Shown one piece after another: positions 45,559 through 54,089 of a stretch of 64,000 nt of DNA (position 1 is the first letter of the stretch; each line of letters starts with the position of its first letter). The notes beneath the pieces are model-generated. The model had not been told where the DNA came from. It ran no database searches and saw nothing but the letters and a program-made list of their open reading frames with translations. Source of the DNA: an uncultured Rikenella sp. (GTDB lineage: Bacteria > Bacteroidota > Bacteroidia > Bacteroidales > VadinHA17); NCBI GenBank assembly GCA_964470815.1, contig CAYYEH010000005.1, positions 6,073 to 70,072 of the forward strand, given 5' to 3'. The position numbers were made by a program, and so were the translations under genes.

Positions 45559-47358
45559 TCATTTTTTCAGGGCCGCGGCCAGAATTGAGGCTTTTTTAGT
45601 GCCAACTACCTTTTCAAGCTCCTCCGTTGATGTTTCAGATAGTTTTCTGACTGAACCGAATTTCTTCAGGAGCAGTTCCTTTGTCTTCTCTCCTATCCCG
45701 GGGATATCATCAAGCAGAGACCGCTTCATGCCGGAACTCCTTTTTCCCCTGTGGAATTTAATCCCGAACCTGTGGGCTTCGTTCCGTATCTGCTGTATTA
45801 TTTTCAGTGTAATACTGTTTTTATCAAGATATAGCGGAACGGAATCGCCCGGGAAATATATCTCTTCCAGCTTTTTTGCTATACCTACAACCGTCAGCCG
45901 TCCCCTGATCCCTAGTTTTTCGAGGCTTCTGACTGCAGAGGAGAGCTGACCCTTGCCACCATCAATAACCACAAGCTGAGGCAGCGGATTGTTTTCATCA
46001 AGCATTCTCCGGTACCGGCGGTATATGACCTCCTCCATCGACGCAAAATCGTCAGGACCGGTGACCGTCCTGATGTTGAAATGACGGTATTCCCTGTTGC
46101 TGGGCTTCCCATTCCGGAATACAACACAGGCCGCCACGGCAGATTGTCCCTGGATATTGGAGTTGTCAAAGCATTCAATATGAACCGGCAGAGCTGGCAT
46201 ATGAAGGTCTTTCTTCATTTTCTCAAGGTTCTTTTCGGTTCTGTTTTCCCTTGATTTTTCCGGGACCTTCTTCTCTCTCTCTATCCTGAAAAAGACCGCG
46301 TTGCGATTAGCCAGCTCAAGCAGTTTATGCCTGTCGCCTCGGCGGGGAACGACGTACTTTACCCTATTAAGCTTTATATCAGGCATAAACGGAACAATAA
46401 CCTCCGGGGAATCACTTGAGACCCTCTGTCTTATTTCTGTAACAGCAGTGGAAAGCAATGATTCCTTCTCTTCTTCCATGCGCATCTTCAGTTCAACTGA
46501 CCAGGACTGAACTATGGCTCCGGCAACCACCTTCATGTAGCTGACATACATCGAGACCCCTTCAACCGAGCAGCCGAATACATCCACATTACGTACGGAT
46601 GTGTTCACAACCACGGATTTGCTGCGGTATCTGGAAAGCATTTCCAGCTTTTCCTTAATCTTCTGAGCCTCCTCATACTTCAGCTCTGCAGCGAATTTTT
46701 TCATGAGAGATTCAAGGTAGGCGGTTACACCGCTTATATCACCCTTTATGATCTCTTTTATTCTGTCTGTCTGCCGGTTATACTCATCTTCGCTGATCAG
46801 GCCTATGCACGGGGCCTTGCAGTTACCCATGTGATACTCAAGGCATACCTTGAACCTGCCTTCGGATATCGCCTTTACTGAGAGCGGCAGGGAGCAGGTT
46901 CTGATCTGAAAAAGGTGGCGTATGAGCTCCAGGAGAGTTCTGACCGCCGGCACCGAAGTATAGGGGCCGAAATAGGAAGAGCCGTCAGCGACCAGCTTAC
47001 GGGTCATGAAAACCCGTGGAAAATGCTCATTCTTAACGCATATCCAGGGATATGTCTTGTCGTCCTTGAGCATTATGTTATACCTGGGCTGATGCTTTTT
47101 GATGAGGCTGTTTTCAAGAAGAAGGGCTTCAGATTCATTGTCAACCACGATATGTCGGAGGTCAGCGGCACGGGAGAGCATTACCTGTGTCTTGCCTGAC
47201 TGGTTCTTTGAGAAGTATGAGGCGACACGTTTCCTCAGGCTGCGGGCTTTGCCGACATAGAGGATCGACCCTGAAGCGTCAATGAACTGGTAGACACCAG
47301 GTTTGTCAGGCAGTGCTGACACCGAGGCTTTTATGTTCTCCCTGTCTGACATATGCAA
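45559..47358 (-). CDS. uvrC: Excinuclease ABC subunit C
   Basis: GIY-YIG N-terminus (GVYQFIDASGSILYVGKA), a UvrBC domain, and a C-terminal HhH. The track start 47358 is a TTG, and an ATG two codons downstream (47352) is an alternative. Confidence 0.95.
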   Translation of the reverse strand: MHMSDRENIKASVSALPDKPGVYQFIDASGSILYVGKARSLRKRVASYFSKNQSGKTQVMLSRAADLRHIVVDNESEALLLENSLIKKHQPRYNIMLKDDKTYPWICVKNEHFPRVFMTRKLVADGSSYFGPYTSVPAVRTLLELIRHLFQIRTCSLPLSVKAISEGRFKVCLEYHMGNCKAPCIGLISEDEYNRQTDRIKEIIKGDISGVTAYLESLMKKFAAELKYEEAQKIKEKLEMLSRYRSKSVVVNTSVRNVDVFGCSVEGVSMYVSYMKVVAGAIVQSWSVELKMRMEEEKESLLSTAVTEIRQRVSSDSPEVIVPFMPDIKLNRVKYVVPRRGDRHKLLELANRNAVFFRIEREKKVPEKSRENRTEKNLEKMKKDLHMPALPVHIECFDNSNIQGQSAVAACVVFRNGKPSNREYRHFNIRTVTGPDDFASMEEVIYRRYRRMLDENNPLPQLVVIDGGKGQLSSAVRSLEKLGIRGRLTVVGIAKKLEEIYFPGDSVPLYLDKNSITLKIIQQIRNEAHRFGIKFHRGKRSSGMKRSLLDDIPGIGEKTKELLLKKFGSVRKLSETSTEELEKVVGTKKASILAAALKK

Positions 47359-47393
47359 TTATTGACAGCCGTTAAGGAGGGCACGGCTATTTG

Positions 47394-47401
47394 CAAAGTT
47401 A
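47394..47401 (-). promoter_or_regulatory. Bacteroidota -7 promoter box candidate for uvrC
   Basis: The minus-strand TAACTTTG (plus-strand CAAAGTTA) is an exact TAnnTTTG match, ~36 nt upstream of the uvrC start. Confidence 0.3.
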
Positions 47402-47524
47402 AAAATTATGGCATGAGTAGGGCAAGGGCATCGAAGGAGTGTGAACTGACTCACTGCTATATATTTGATTACTTGGCATTTAGTGAATGCCCGGGTATTC
47501 TTCTGCGGCTTAGCAAGATACAAT

Positions 47525-47701
47525 CACTGCCCCTCGGGATAAACTTATAGCGGCCTGAGCCTGACGGGGTAAACCTGTGCAGGCCTGGGCCTGACTGGGT
47601 AAGATCAGGCCTTCATTTGCCTTACGGGTTAACTTGTACCGGCCTGAGCCTGAAGGGATAAACCAGCTCCTGCCTGCGTCTCACGTGGTAAGCCGGTAGC
47701 G
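47525..47701. repeat. Array of six degenerate direct repeats phased at 30 bp
   Basis: The core GGGnTAA(A/G)C recurs with its TAA at 47540, 47570, 47600, 47630, 47659 and 47689. Three units start with GGCCTG(A/G)GCCTGA. See the finding. Confidence 0.6.
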
Positions 47702-47714
47702 GTGATGACCAGCT

Positions 47715-49358
47715 TTATTTGCGGTATTTGAGGTAAGGATCGGGGACGAACAACGGAATATGGCGGAATGCTACTCCGTCAAATAATCCCCTGTCGCTCA
47801 TTTTCAGTTTTGGTATTACCAGCAGAGCCATGAACGAGAGGGTCATAAAGGGGGCATCAAGAACGGACCCCAGGGCCTTAACTGTTTCAGAGAGTTTTTC
47901 ATAGCGTGAAGCCATCGCTGTTACAGGCAGATCTGACATGATCCCTGCCACAGGCAGTTTAAGGATTTCCGCACCGTCGTCAGAAGCTACAGACATACCT
48001 CCTCCGGCATCGATCAGCAGGTTGATTGCAGTTACAATGTCACGGTCATTTGTGCCTACTGCAATTATGTTGTGACTGTCATGTGCCACAGAAGATGCCA
48101 TTGCTCCCCTCTTTAGTCCGAATCCCTTTATGAATCCGACAGCCGGAGGTTTGTCATTATATCTTTCCTTGACGACAATTTTAAGTAGGTCCTCTTCGGG
48201 TCTGGGCAATACAAATTCATTCTCTCCTGCCCGGATTATTTCCGCATCTGTAGTCAGTTCTCCGTTAACAGCTACGATTACATTGATTTTCCCGCCCTCG
48301 TTTATCACCCTTAGTTCATCCTGGAGAAGCCGTGTGCATTTGAATTTATTGATTTTTATTATTTCACCCGGGGTAAAGAGGGTTTTATCGCCATCATAAA
48401 CGCACCGGCCGTCAATCCAGGTTTGAATGACGTTCATTTCGGAAGGGTCGTCAACAATTATGAAATCTGCAGGGTCTCCCGGTTTGAGTGTTCCGGCACC
48501 GATATGGTAATGGTCAAAGGTATTCAGGGTGGCTGCCCTGATCACGTCAAACATATCATAACCCATAATGATGAGGCGTGCAACCAGCCTGTTTATATGT
48601 CCTTTCAGCAGCGTTTCCGGGTGGAGGTCGTCAGTGCATAGCATCACTTCGCCCGGGTAATATGTCAGCAGTGGTGCGAGTGTCTCCAGGTTTTTTGCGG
48701 CACTTCCTTCGCGGATGAGGATTTTCATTCCGCCTGAAATTTTCTCAAGAGCTTCTTCAATGGAAGTGCATTCATGATCTGTAGTAATACCAGATCCGAT
48801 ATATTTTTTCAGCTCAGCGCCTGTCAGGCCGGGAGCATGTCCGTCAATCGGAACACCGGCATCCCTGGCAGCTTCAAGTTTGCTGTGAACCTCGGCATCG
48901 TCATAGATAACGCCGGGGAAGTTCATCATCTCAGCGAGGAATTTAACTCTCCCTTCATTAAGCATTTCCCTGATTTCTGCAGGATTAATTTTTGCTCCTG
49001 CGCTTTCTGATGATGTAGCCGGCACGCAGGAAGGAGCTCCGAAAACGATCTTTAACGGTACTTTGTCAGCGTTGTCAAGCATGAATTTTACTCCTTCCCT
49101 GCCGAGTACGTTGGCTATCTCATGCGGATCAGCAACAACTGTTACCGTTCCATGCCTTACTGCAGCGACAGCAAAATGAGACGGCACAAGCATGCTGCTC
49201 TCAATATGAACATGAGCATCTGCTAACCCGGGCATGATGTAATTCCCGGGGCTATTATCGGTTTCAACCACCGACTCTATCTTCCCGGCCGATATGGTAA
49301 CAACCCCGGGATAAATGCGCCTCTTGTGCACATCAATAATTTTACCAGCAATATTCAT
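47715..49358 (-). CDS. ade: Adenine deaminase
   Basis: PGLADAHVHIESSML and the amidohydrolase fold, at 547 aa, typical of Ade. Confidence 0.9.
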   Translation of the reverse strand: MNIAGKIIDVHKRRIYPGVVTISAGKIESVVETDNSPGNYIMPGLADAHVHIESSMLVPSHFAVAAVRHGTVTVVADPHEIANVLGREGVKFMLDNADKVPLKIVFGAPSCVPATSSESAGAKINPAEIREMLNEGRVKFLAEMMNFPGVIYDDAEVHSKLEAARDAGVPIDGHAPGLTGAELKKYIGSGITTDHECTSIEEALEKISGGMKILIREGSAAKNLETLAPLLTYYPGEVMLCTDDLHPETLLKGHINRLVARLIIMGYDMFDVIRAATLNTFDHYHIGAGTLKPGDPADFIIVDDPSEMNVIQTWIDGRCVYDGDKTLFTPGEIIKINKFKCTRLLQDELRVINEGGKINVIVAVNGELTTDAEIIRAGENEFVLPRPEEDLLKIVVKERYNDKPPAVGFIKGFGLKRGAMASSVAHDSHNIIAVGTNDRDIVTAINLLIDAGGGMSVASDDGAEILKLPVAGIMSDLPVTAMASRYEKLSETVKALGSVLDAPFMTLSFMALLVIPKLKMSDRGLFDGVAFRHIPLFVPDPYLKYRK

Positions 49359-49375
49359 AATATTTATTGAAAAAA

Positions 49376-49391
49376 TGTTCCACGTGGAACA
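49376..49391. other. parS ParB-binding site (perfect 16-bp palindrome)
   Basis: TGTTCCACGTGGAACA. The half-site TGTTCCAC equals the left half of the classical B. subtilis parS TGTTCCACGTGAAACA. It lies in the 40-bp gap between the mnmG stop and the ade start. Confidence 0.75.
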
Positions 49392-49398
49392 CCTAATA

Positions 49399-51273
49399 TT
49401 ATCTGCCGAGATACATTATAAGAATTGAAACATCAGACGATGACACCCCGCTGATGCGTGAAGCCTGGCCAATGGTTGCAGGCTTGATTTTTGACAGCTT
49501 CTGCCTCCCTTCGGTTGATATTGAAGTCAGTTCGTCATAAACAATCTCGTCCGGTATCTTCAGATTTTCCAGTCGCTTGATCTTTTCAGCTATGCCTCTT
49601 TCTCTATCCAGGTAACCAGAATACTTGATCCTGATTTCAGCAGTTTCAATAATCTCAGTCTTTCTTTCGGAACTGAAGCAATCCAGTTTATCGCTTCCGG
49701 GAATTATACTTAGCAGCTCCTCAAGCTCTATCTGTGGTCTTGCTGCAATACTTACAGCCTTAATCTTCTGGGTTATTTCCGAGGTGCCCTTCTCTTTAAG
49801 AAACCTGTTAATTTCTGTTGGTGAAATACTCCGACTTTTAAGAAAGGCTATAATCTCCTCTGCCATCCTGTACTTTTCTTCCAGTCTTATAACTCTCTCC
49901 TTCGTGGCCGTGCCAAGATCCCTGGCCCGCGGTGTCAGTCTTTCATCCGCATTGTCCTGCCGAAGCAGAATTCTGTACTCAGCCCTGGAAGTAAACATCC
50001 TGTATGGTTCATCCACACCTTTTGTAACCAGGTCATCGATGAGTACACCTATATAAGCCTCATCACGTTTGAGTATAAACGGATGTCCTCCCCTTATCCT
50101 GAGCACTGCGTTAATGCCGGCCAGGAGCCCCTGGGCTGCTGCCTCCTCATAACCGGTAGTTCCGTTAATCTGTCCTGCAAAGAAGAGTCCTGAAACCCTC
50201 TTCGTCTCAAGCGAGTGTTTAAGTTGTGTCGGCTGAAAAAAATCATACTCGATGGCATATCCGGGGCGATAGATAACAACATTTTCAAGCCCTCTGATTT
50301 CCCTTAAAGCACCTAACTGCGATTCGAGTTTAAGACTGCTGGCAAACCCATTGATGTAGTACTCATTAGTATCCCATCCTTCCGGCTCCAGGAAAAGCTG
50401 ATGAGATTCCTTTCCTGCAAAGGTAACGATTTTGTCTTCCACACTGGGGCAGTACCGCGGACCCCTGCCCTTTATCCTTCCGGTAAAGAGCGGAGAAAAC
50501 TCGAGTCCTTTCCTGAGTACCTCGTGTGCTCTCTCATTTGTGTGGGTTATATAACAGCTTCTTTCGTCCTGTATGTCTATCCTGTCGTGAAGATATGAAA
50601 AGCATCGCCCGTCTCCGTCACCTTTCTGTTCGGTCATGGCTGCAAAACCGATACTTCTACCGTCCACTCTAGCGCTTGTACCAGTCTTCAGCCTTTCGAC
50701 CTCAAAACCCAGATCCCTCAGCTGATCGCTTATTCCCCTGGAAGCCGGATCCCCTGACCTTCCGCCGGCCATAGTATTGAATCCGACATGCATAAGGCCG
50801 TTCAGAAATGTTCCGTTTGTAAGTATAACAGCATCCGCCCTGAATTCTGTTCCGAATGTTGTCCGTACTCCCCTTACGGAACCCTGTTCTATTATGAGTT
50901 CACTAGCCTGCTCCTGCCATATCCCAAGGTTCGTGGTTTCTTCCAGGACCTTTCTCCATTCTCTGCTGAACAGCATCCGGTCACATTGAGCCCGTGGACT
51001 CCACATTGCAGGTCCTTTGCTTCGGTTCAGCATTCTGAACTGGATCATCGTCCGGTCAGTGATTAAGCCAGATACTCCGCCCAGCGCATCTATCTCTCTG
51101 ATTATCTGCCCCTTGGCTATGCCTCCCATAGCCGGATTACAGGACATCTGGGCAAGTTTTGTCATATCCATCGTGACAAGGAGTGTCTTCGCTCCCATTA
51201 CGGCAGCAATATGCGCAGCCTCACAGCCGGCATGTCCCCCGCCAACCACAATTATATCATACCTGAAGTTCAT
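49399..51273 (-). CDS. mnmG: tRNA uridine 5-carboxymethylaminomethyl modification enzyme
   Basis: [16 protein letters not shown] and full-length GidA homology over 624 aa. Confidence 0.95.
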   Translation of the reverse strand: MNFRYDIIVVGGGHAGCEAAHIAAVMGAKTLLVTMDMTKLAQMSCNPAMGGIAKGQIIREIDALGGVSGLITDRTMIQFRMLNRSKGPAMWSPRAQCDRMLFSREWRKVLEETTNLGIWQEQASELIIEQGSVRGVRTTFGTEFRADAVILTNGTFLNGLMHVGFNTMAGGRSGDPASRGISDQLRDLGFEVERLKTGTSARVDGRSIGFAAMTEQKGDGDGRCFSYLHDRIDIQDERSCYITHTNERAHEVLRKGLEFSPLFTGRIKGRGPRYCPSVEDKIVTFAGKESHQLFLEPEGWDTNEYYINGFASSLKLESQLGALREIRGLENVVIYRPGYAIEYDFFQPTQLKHSLETKRVSGLFFAGQINGTTGYEEAAAQGLLAGINAVLRIRGGHPFILKRDEAYIGVLIDDLVTKGVDEPYRMFTSRAEYRILLRQDNADERLTPRARDLGTATKERVIRLEEKYRMAEEIIAFLKSRSISPTEINRFLKEKGTSEITQKIKAVSIAARPQIELEELLSIIPGSDKLDCFSSERKTEIIETAEIRIKYSGYLDRERGIAEKIKRLENLKIPDEIVYDELTSISTEGRQKLSKIKPATIGQASRISGVSSSDVSILIMYLGR

Positions 51274-51692
51274 TCGGCATATGATAAGGCCAGATACATT
51301 TCTTCCAACTCAGACATTTTCTTCTTCTCCCCTTCTGTTCTGTCATCATAGCCACATAAATGGAGGAAACCATGGAAAATAACCCTTCTCATTTCAGCAG
51401 ATGGCGAAACTCCATACTCACCTGAATTTTCTCTTACCCTGGTTTCACTTATGTATATTTCACCGTTAACGGTGTTTCCCTTGTTATAATTGAAAGTTAT
51501 TATATCAGTATAATAATCATGTCCCAGGAATTCAGAGTTTATCTCATAAACCTTTTCATCGCTGGTTATAATAACATCAATCTTTCCGGCTTTCATTCCG
51601 GCATCTGAAATAATTCTTCCTATTACCTTTTTGATTTTCCTGCTGTCGCGCAGTCTGAAATTTTCAATATCGTAATGGAAGCCTACTTTCAA
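51270..51692 (-). CDS. ybeY: rRNA maturation RNase YbeY
   Basis: The [11 protein letters not shown] zinc motif. It has a 4-nt overlap with mnmG. Confidence 0.9.
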   Translation of the reverse strand: MKVGFHYDIENFRLRDSRKIKKVIGRIISDAGMKAGKIDVIITSDEKVYEINSEFLGHDYYTDIITFNYNKGNTVNGEIYISETRVRENSGEYGVSPSAEMRRVIFHGFLHLCGYDDRTEGEKKKMSELEEMYLALSYAE

Positions 51693-51696
51693 TTTT

Positions 51697-52089
51697 TCAG
51701 TATTTGAATCTCATTTTTACCTGGTTTCCGGAGTCATTGTACTCTATTACATCCGCCAGGCTCCTCATAATAAACACTCCGCGTCCGTGAAGGTTCTCAA
51801 TATTTTCCGGATCCGTAGGGTCCGGCAGGTTATTATATTCAAAGCCATCACCCTCATCCGTAACTGTTACTTCGAACAAATTCCCGTCTGAAGTGAAATT
51901 CACAGTGACCATTTTTTCAGCATTACCTTTGTTTCCGTGAAGAATTGCGTTGTTGACCGCCTCAACAGTAGATATCAGTATCTTTCCGTACACCTCATCA
52001 GAGATGCCAAGTTTCTTCGATAACGTATCTACCAGCGTCTCTACAACCCGCAGTTTTTCAATGTCTGAATTTATAGTAATGCTTTCCAT
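51697..52089 (-). CDS. Small GHKL ATPase, RsbW/SpoIIAB-like anti-sigma-factor-type kinase
   Basis: 130 aa with VEAVNNAILHGN (N-box), VTDEGDGF (G1) and GRGVFIM (G2-like). Confidence 0.7.
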   Translation of the reverse strand: MESITINSDIEKLRVVETLVDTLSKKLGISDEVYGKILISTVEAVNNAILHGNKGNAEKMVTVNFTSDGNLFEVTVTDEGDGFEYNNLPDPTDPENIENLHGRGVFIMRSLADVIEYNDSGNQVKMRFKY

Positions 52090-52146
52090 TCCTGATTCCC
52101 TATCACTTTTATAACTGACAGGGTATTTATTTGTTGCAAAATTTAG

Positions 52147-53328
52147 TCATTTTTTTATAAGCCACTGCTCCGGGTCAAGCTTTTTCTTTTCCTCATATAC
52201 CATAAACTTCAGGACAGATTTTCCACCATCTCCGTTATCCATGTAAACATCTCCGATTTCCTGGCCCAGGGTTACGCTGTCACCTGCCTTTAGCTTCACG
52301 TTGACCAGGTTCTGATAAACCGTAAGGTATTTGCCATGTCTGATGATGACAGCCATATTTGCACCTGAAATTGCAAAGACGCGAACCACTTCCCCCTTGA
52401 AAACCGATCTTGCTTTAGTTTGTCCGACTGAAGTTATTTCTATGCCTATATTATCTTCGGTAACATTCTTTAGCACAGGATGCGGTTGCAGGCCGAAATG
52501 ACCGGTTATGATTCCTTTGTCAACAGGCCATGGAAGTCTTCCCTTATTCTCACCAAAAGAATCCCCGATCACCTTCATCTCCCTGCTCATGGGAACAGTT
52601 TCGCTTTTCTTTCTCTCCTCCTCAATGAGTTTCTCAATCTCCTTTTCAATCTGTCGTGCGATTCTCCTCTTTTCGTCAAGTTCCTGTTTCAACTGCTTTT
52701 CCTTTCTGCTGAGTGTGGTTACAAGCCTTTCCTTCCGGTTCTGTTCCTGGCTCAGCATCTGCTTCTGCCTTACCTCCTTGTTTTTAAGGTCGTTTACATT
52801 TCTCCTGTCCTTCTCAAGCCTTTCCTTCGTGCTCCGGAGTTCATTGTACAAAGTCTCAATTGTTTCTGTCTCCTTTCTCCTGTATTTGGCAACCTGTTGT
52901 ATATATTTAAGCCTCTTGTAACCCTGGTTAAAGTCAGAAGAGGAGAGGATAAACGCCAGCGCAGGCGTTCCCTTGGTAGCCTTGTAGGCACTAATAATTG
53001 ACCGTGCATACTCACTCTTCAGTTCATTTAGGTCCTGTTCAAGCATTTCCGTAGCCAGGCTGTTCAGGCTGATTCTGTATTCAAGGAGGCTAATCTCCTG
53101 CCCGTATTCATTAATAAGTCTCTCTCTCAGGTTCAACTTGCGGCCGATGACCCTGAGTTCATTGATGTTCTCATTTTTCTGGGTTGCTGTAGCTTTCAGC
53201 ATCCGGTCAACATATTCTATCTCCTGCAGGTTTTTTCTCCTCATCTCCTCCAGCTCTGCCCGTGATTGTCCTTCCAGGGCACATGCGAAAAACAATGCAA
53301 AAACCAATATGAGATAGCCTTTTTTCAC
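52147..53328 (-). CDS. EnvC-like murein hydrolase activator (coiled coil plus degenerate LytM/M23 domain)
   Basis: Signal peptide, then ~230 aa of heptad-rich E/K/R sequence. The C-terminal LytM fold has NIGIEI in place of HxxxD and VLKFMVYE in place of HxH, so the catalytic ligands are lost as in EnvC/NlpD. The start is a GTG at 53328. Confidence 0.8.
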   Translation of the reverse strand: MKKGYLILVFALFFACALEGQSRAELEEMRRKNLQEIEYVDRMLKATATQKNENINELRVIGRKLNLRERLINEYGQEISLLEYRISLNSLATEMLEQDLNELKSEYARSIISAYKATKGTPALAFILSSSDFNQGYKRLKYIQQVAKYRRKETETIETLYNELRSTKERLEKDRRNVNDLKNKEVRQKQMLSQEQNRKERLVTTLSRKEKQLKQELDEKRRIARQIEKEIEKLIEEERKKSETVPMSREMKVIGDSFGENKGRLPWPVDKGIITGHFGLQPHPVLKNVTEDNIGIEITSVGQTKARSVFKGEVVRVFAISGANMAVIIRHGKYLTVYQNLVNVKLKAGDSVTLGQEIGDVYMDNGDGGKSVLKFMVYEEKKKLDPEQWLIKK

Positions 53329-54089
53329 AATGATTCCCTCCTGTATGACGGCAGGTTGAATTCGATATCAGAATCGTACCCGAATATCAAATCATCAATA
53401 TTTAGTTTCACGTGAAACATTCTTTCCCTCTCATTCATTTCTATTACCGTCGGATACCTTATTCCACCGTTTGTGCCAAATTCACTAAATGTAATATAAA
53501 TCTCATGTCCTGAATATATTGCATCAATTGTTTCATTGCAAATCTTCATTTGGTCAATACAGATTGAAATATCCCTTCTGAAGCTATCATCTCCGGCTTC
53601 GACAATAAGCCGTCTGTTTTCGGTGTAAGTGTAATTACGGATATTTCCGGCAGGCATATCTCCGAAAATTACCTTCATGAAGTCTTCCGGCAGGCCGTTC
53701 TTCTTCAGTATTGCATCCTTCTTTCCAACATAAACAGTTTTGTTGAATCTGTCAATGGCTGCGATGTCATTTCCGACCATTAAAAGCCTGACAAGCTCAA
53801 TACCCAATGGTCCGCGAACGGATCCATAAAAGTCTCCGCGCCTGTTAAGCCTAGCATGCAGGCCAAACTTTCCTTCAATTTCAGTTCCCCGCAGTTCTAT
53901 TGTGCCTTTTCGTATCTCAAAGCCCTTCCCGGTAATATTATTTTCTATAACATCCGAAATGACAGCTTCATAGTTGAACCTCCCGGGTTCAGATAGTGTT
54001 TCTGTTGCCCTGCCTTTCCGAAGGGCCGAGCATCCGGCCATAACAGTCACCATAAAAAGCAGGCTGCAGTATTTTATTATTTTGTACAT
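53325..54089 (-). CDS. Lipoprotein, DUF4292-like (LolB-fold-like)
   Basis: Lipobox VMAGCS. It sits between the TPR lipoprotein and the M23 gene, the conserved Bacteroidota order as I recall it. Confidence 0.6.
   Translation of the reverse strand: MYKIIKYCSLLFMVTVMAGCSALRKGRATETLSEPGRFNYEAVISDVIENNITGKGFEIRKGTIELRGTEIEGKFGLHARLNRRGDFYGSVRGPLGIELVRLLMVGNDIAAIDRFNKTVYVGKKDAILKKNGLPEDFMKVIFGDMPAGNIRNYTYTENRRLIVEAGDDSFRRDISICIDQMKICNETIDAIYSGHEIYITFSEFGTNGGIRYPTVIEMNERERMFHVKLNIDDLIFGYDSDIEFNLPSYRRESL
53404..53419. other. parS-like ParB-binding site (15/16 to consensus), intragenic
   Basis: AGTTTCACGTGAAACA against the cross-phylum consensus TGTTTCACGTGAAACA. It contains the 14-bp perfect palindrome GTTTCACGTGAAAC and lies inside the DUF4292-like CDS. 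Confidence 0.7.

Noticed and set aside
47353-47550. 65-aa plus-strand ORF in the uvrC-ade spacer.
   Set aside because: It begins inside the uvrC start region and has no recognisable motif. It runs into the repeat array, where stops occur in all frames, and it is better explained as non-coding.
47525-47701. CRISPR array?
   Set aside because: The repeats abut each other without unique spacers, are highly degenerate, and no cas genes are nearby.
47359-47714. Could the 356-bp gap hold RNase P RNA, 6S, SRP or tmRNA, or be oriC?
   Set aside because: There is no GAGGAAAGTCC / ACAGAACCCGGCTTA-type RNase P conserved regions, no SRP GGAA tetraloop helix, and no tmRNA tag frame. There is no TTATCCACA box with 1 or fewer mismatches (best is TTATCCCGA, 7/9) and no marked AT-rich unwinding element.
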